A stretch of 63,982 nt of DNA, the filler included, from Limisphaerales bacterium (GTDB taxonomy: Bacteria; Verrucomicrobiota; Verrucomicrobiia; Limisphaerales; SIBE01), in assembly GCA_044225505.1 (NCBI GenBank). It is 3 parts of 3 records of this genome, joined end to end, with 100 filler letters (N's around TTAATTAATTAA, not from the genome) between each part and the next. Parts side by side here need not be neighbours in the genome. Positions count along the whole stretch, not along the records: positions 49,529 to 63,982 come from JBGAIN010000194.1; 2 more parts are not named here. One strand, 5' to 3'. Every line of letters starts with the position of its first letter. The first letter of the stretch is position 1. Position numbers and translations under genes: made by a program. A model generated the notes under the pieces. It was given only the letters and a program-made list of their open reading frames with translations. It had not been told where the DNA came from and ran no database searches. Positions 62,164 through 63,982 of the stretch are shown piece by piece.

Positions 62164-62541
62164 CGCTGAGCGGCACTGCTCCGGGGTTGGTCCGGCAGAA
62201 CATCCCGTTTGCTGCGCTCCGACTTCCCGTCTCCCACGGCAATTCCCCCTTCGTTCTCAAGACATTCTTGTCCGCCACCTTGCATTTGAGATTGCGACCT
62301 TGCACGCCACCCCGAAAACAGCGACAACTCGCAAACCCAGGGAAATGTCTCACACTCTGTCCACAAATTGTTCTCGAAGTGTGCGACATTTGCCGTCTTC
62401 CCTTTCCAAACTTGATGTAAAAGTGGCAGGAGCGTTCACAGACGAGGTGCTCGCAGGTCCGTACGGTTAAAATTTGAGAAACAACGCTAAACAAATTCCC
62501 GGAACTGCCGATGAAGGTGAGGTGGTTTTTGACCGTTCCGT

Positions 62542-63982
62542 ATGATCCGCCGTATCGCGCACGTCGTTTGGTTCACAGTCGGCCTGGCTGTGGCTTACCC
62601 CAGTCTCACTCTCGTCACACACGCTCAGACCGTTCCTGCCTACGGAGGGCGCCCGTTTATTCGGATCGCCCAACCTGGCCTGGCCGATTCCGTCGCCGGC
62701 GTTTATTCAGGGTTCGGCCGAGCGCAGCTCATCGGGAACGCGGTGGTGTTCGCCACAATGAACGGTCCAAACGTGGGCGGCATATTTCGCGGCCGCGGCG
62801 GCCCGTTGGAGAAGGTGGTCGTGCCCGGGTCGAGTGTTTCCGGAGTGACTCTCCAATCGATTCACTATGGCTTTGCGAGAGATACCGGCGCGAGTTCCAT
62901 GGTGCTCGCCGCTGGGCCCGCCCAGGCGGACGCACTGCAACTGACGGACGGGAGCACGTTGACCACGCTCTTGCCGCCAGGAAGCATCCTTCCGCATTCG
63001 GGCGAGAAAGCAGCCAACGTGCTGGGGGAGCCATTTTACGCTCAAGGTAAGGTCGCCGTCATTGCGTGGCATGCACCGGCCAGTGGAGGGGTGAGCTTTC
63101 GTGGGGTTTACCGAGTGCAAAACAGCACTTTAGAACCGGTTGCCGACACCGCCACGGCGTTGCCCGGCAGTGTTGGGATCCCCGACACTTTTAGCAGCCA
63201 GGTCGGCTTCGACGGCGGGACGCTCGCTTTCTGGGCTAGTCGCGGTCCGTTTAGCGAAGCCGAAGGCATATTCGTTCAATCCGCGGCAGGGGACGTTGTC
63301 AAAATTGCGCAGAACGGCGACCCCTTTCCGGATGGCGGCACGATGGACGGCTTTATCAGTCCGCCGTTTGTCTCCAATGGAACGGTTTACTTCTTTGCGT
63401 TTGATGCCTCTTCCCAGACCCGTTTGTTGAAATATGAAAGCGGGACGCTCAGCGTACTGGTGCAAGACGGCACTGCGGCGCCAGAAGGCGGCACCCTCAA
63501 GAGCCTGGGCCAGTTCGGCCTGGGGGTTGAGGACGGCAAGATCTTCTTCCCGGCGCTCACCGATCGAGGCGCAGGATTATACGTGATCGCCGGCGGAACC
63601 TTGCAGACTATCATCCCGTCTGGAACCGGTATTGAAGGATTCGTGCCGACATCGCTGGTTTTGCAGGACGTTGCCCACGCCACCCTGGTGCTCGAGGCCG
63701 CCAACGGTTTTGGCCGGCGTTTGATCGCGAACCTGGACGCCCCCGCTGTCCCGGTGATTGTGTCCGATCTCACACCTCAGACTGTGAAGCCGGGCGGCCG
63801 GGCCGAGTTCAAGGTCACCGCTGTGGGCGATGCGCCGCTGACGTATTACTGGACCTTTGGAACGACAAACTACCCGCCTGTGACTTCCGGGACTTTCGTG
63901 ATTGAAAATGCTCAGGCGGCGCACATTGGAAATTACCGGGTGACCGTTTCAAACGCGGTAGGACGCGCCTTCTCGAAGAGCG
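62542..63982 (+). CDS. Secreted protein with beta-repeat region and Ig domain, 3'-truncated by the window
   Basis: Read manually: MIRRIAHVVWFTVGLAVAYPSLTLVTHA|Q... with no stop to the window end; Ig motif AEFKVTAVGDAPLTYYW...GNYRVTVSN. Absent from the ORF track. Confidence 0.85.
   Translation, partial: MIRRIAHVVWFTVGLAVAYPSLTLVTHAQTVPAYGGRPFIRIAQPGLADSVAGVYSGFGRAQLIGNAVVFATMNGPNVGGIFRGRGGPLEKVVVPGSSVSGVTLQSIHYGFARDTGASSMVLAAGPAQADALQLTDGSTLTTLLPPGSILPHSGEKAANVLGEPFYAQGKVAVIAWHAPASGGVSFRGVYRVQNSTLEPVADTATALPGSVGIPDTFSSQVGFDGGTLAFWASRGPFSEAEGIFVQSAAGDVVKIAQNGDPFPDGGTMDGFISPPFVSNGTVYFFAFDASSQTRLLKYESGTLSVLVQDGTAAPEGGTLKSLGQFGLGVEDGKIFFPALTDRGAGLYVIAGGTLQTIIPSGTGIEGFVPTSLVLQDVAHATLVLEAANGFGRRLIANLDAPAVPVIVSDLTPQTVKPGGRAEFKVTAVGDAPLTYYWTFGTTNYPPVTSGTFVIENAQAAHIGNYRVTVSNAVGRAFSKS

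Noticed and set aside
62511..63050. 179-aa ORF in the track
   Set aside because: Shadow frame of the real ORF starting at 62542.

Overview
A GC-rich draft bacterial scaffold, most likely from a Verrucomicrobia (Pedosphaera-like) organism. The inference rests on ECF sigma/Ser-Thr kinase pairs, secreted repeat proteins with Ig domains, and a UBact locus. Two artificial 100-nt gaps with a TTAATTAATTAA linker (25757-25856, 49429-49528) and a single N (5451) split it into pieces, so synteny across them is unproven. Dense frameshifts near the contig ends look like sequencing error. The centrepiece (37.5-45.2 kb) is a complete Pup-proteasome-like operon outside Actinobacteria: a WYL regulator, ARC/Mpa ATPase, Dop, the 56-aa modifier UBact (ending RTGQ), PrcB, PrcA and PafA. 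It has several departures from the mycobacterial model. Other notable items: a degenerate integron-like cassette array without an integrase (1.7-5.4 kb); three Ser/Thr-kinase relics that all retain the same GTAG-type palindrome inserted in a kinase loop; a ClpP-like protein with a lipoprotein signal; a stand-alone kinase N-terminal domain; a vapBC module; a YcaC/chloroperoxidase/amidohydrolase/RND cluster; an AlgI/AlgJ acylation cluster; housekeeping genes (dps, cysK, rho); an unannotated 39-aa basic ORF; and a large secreted ORF missing from the ORF track (62542 to the window end).
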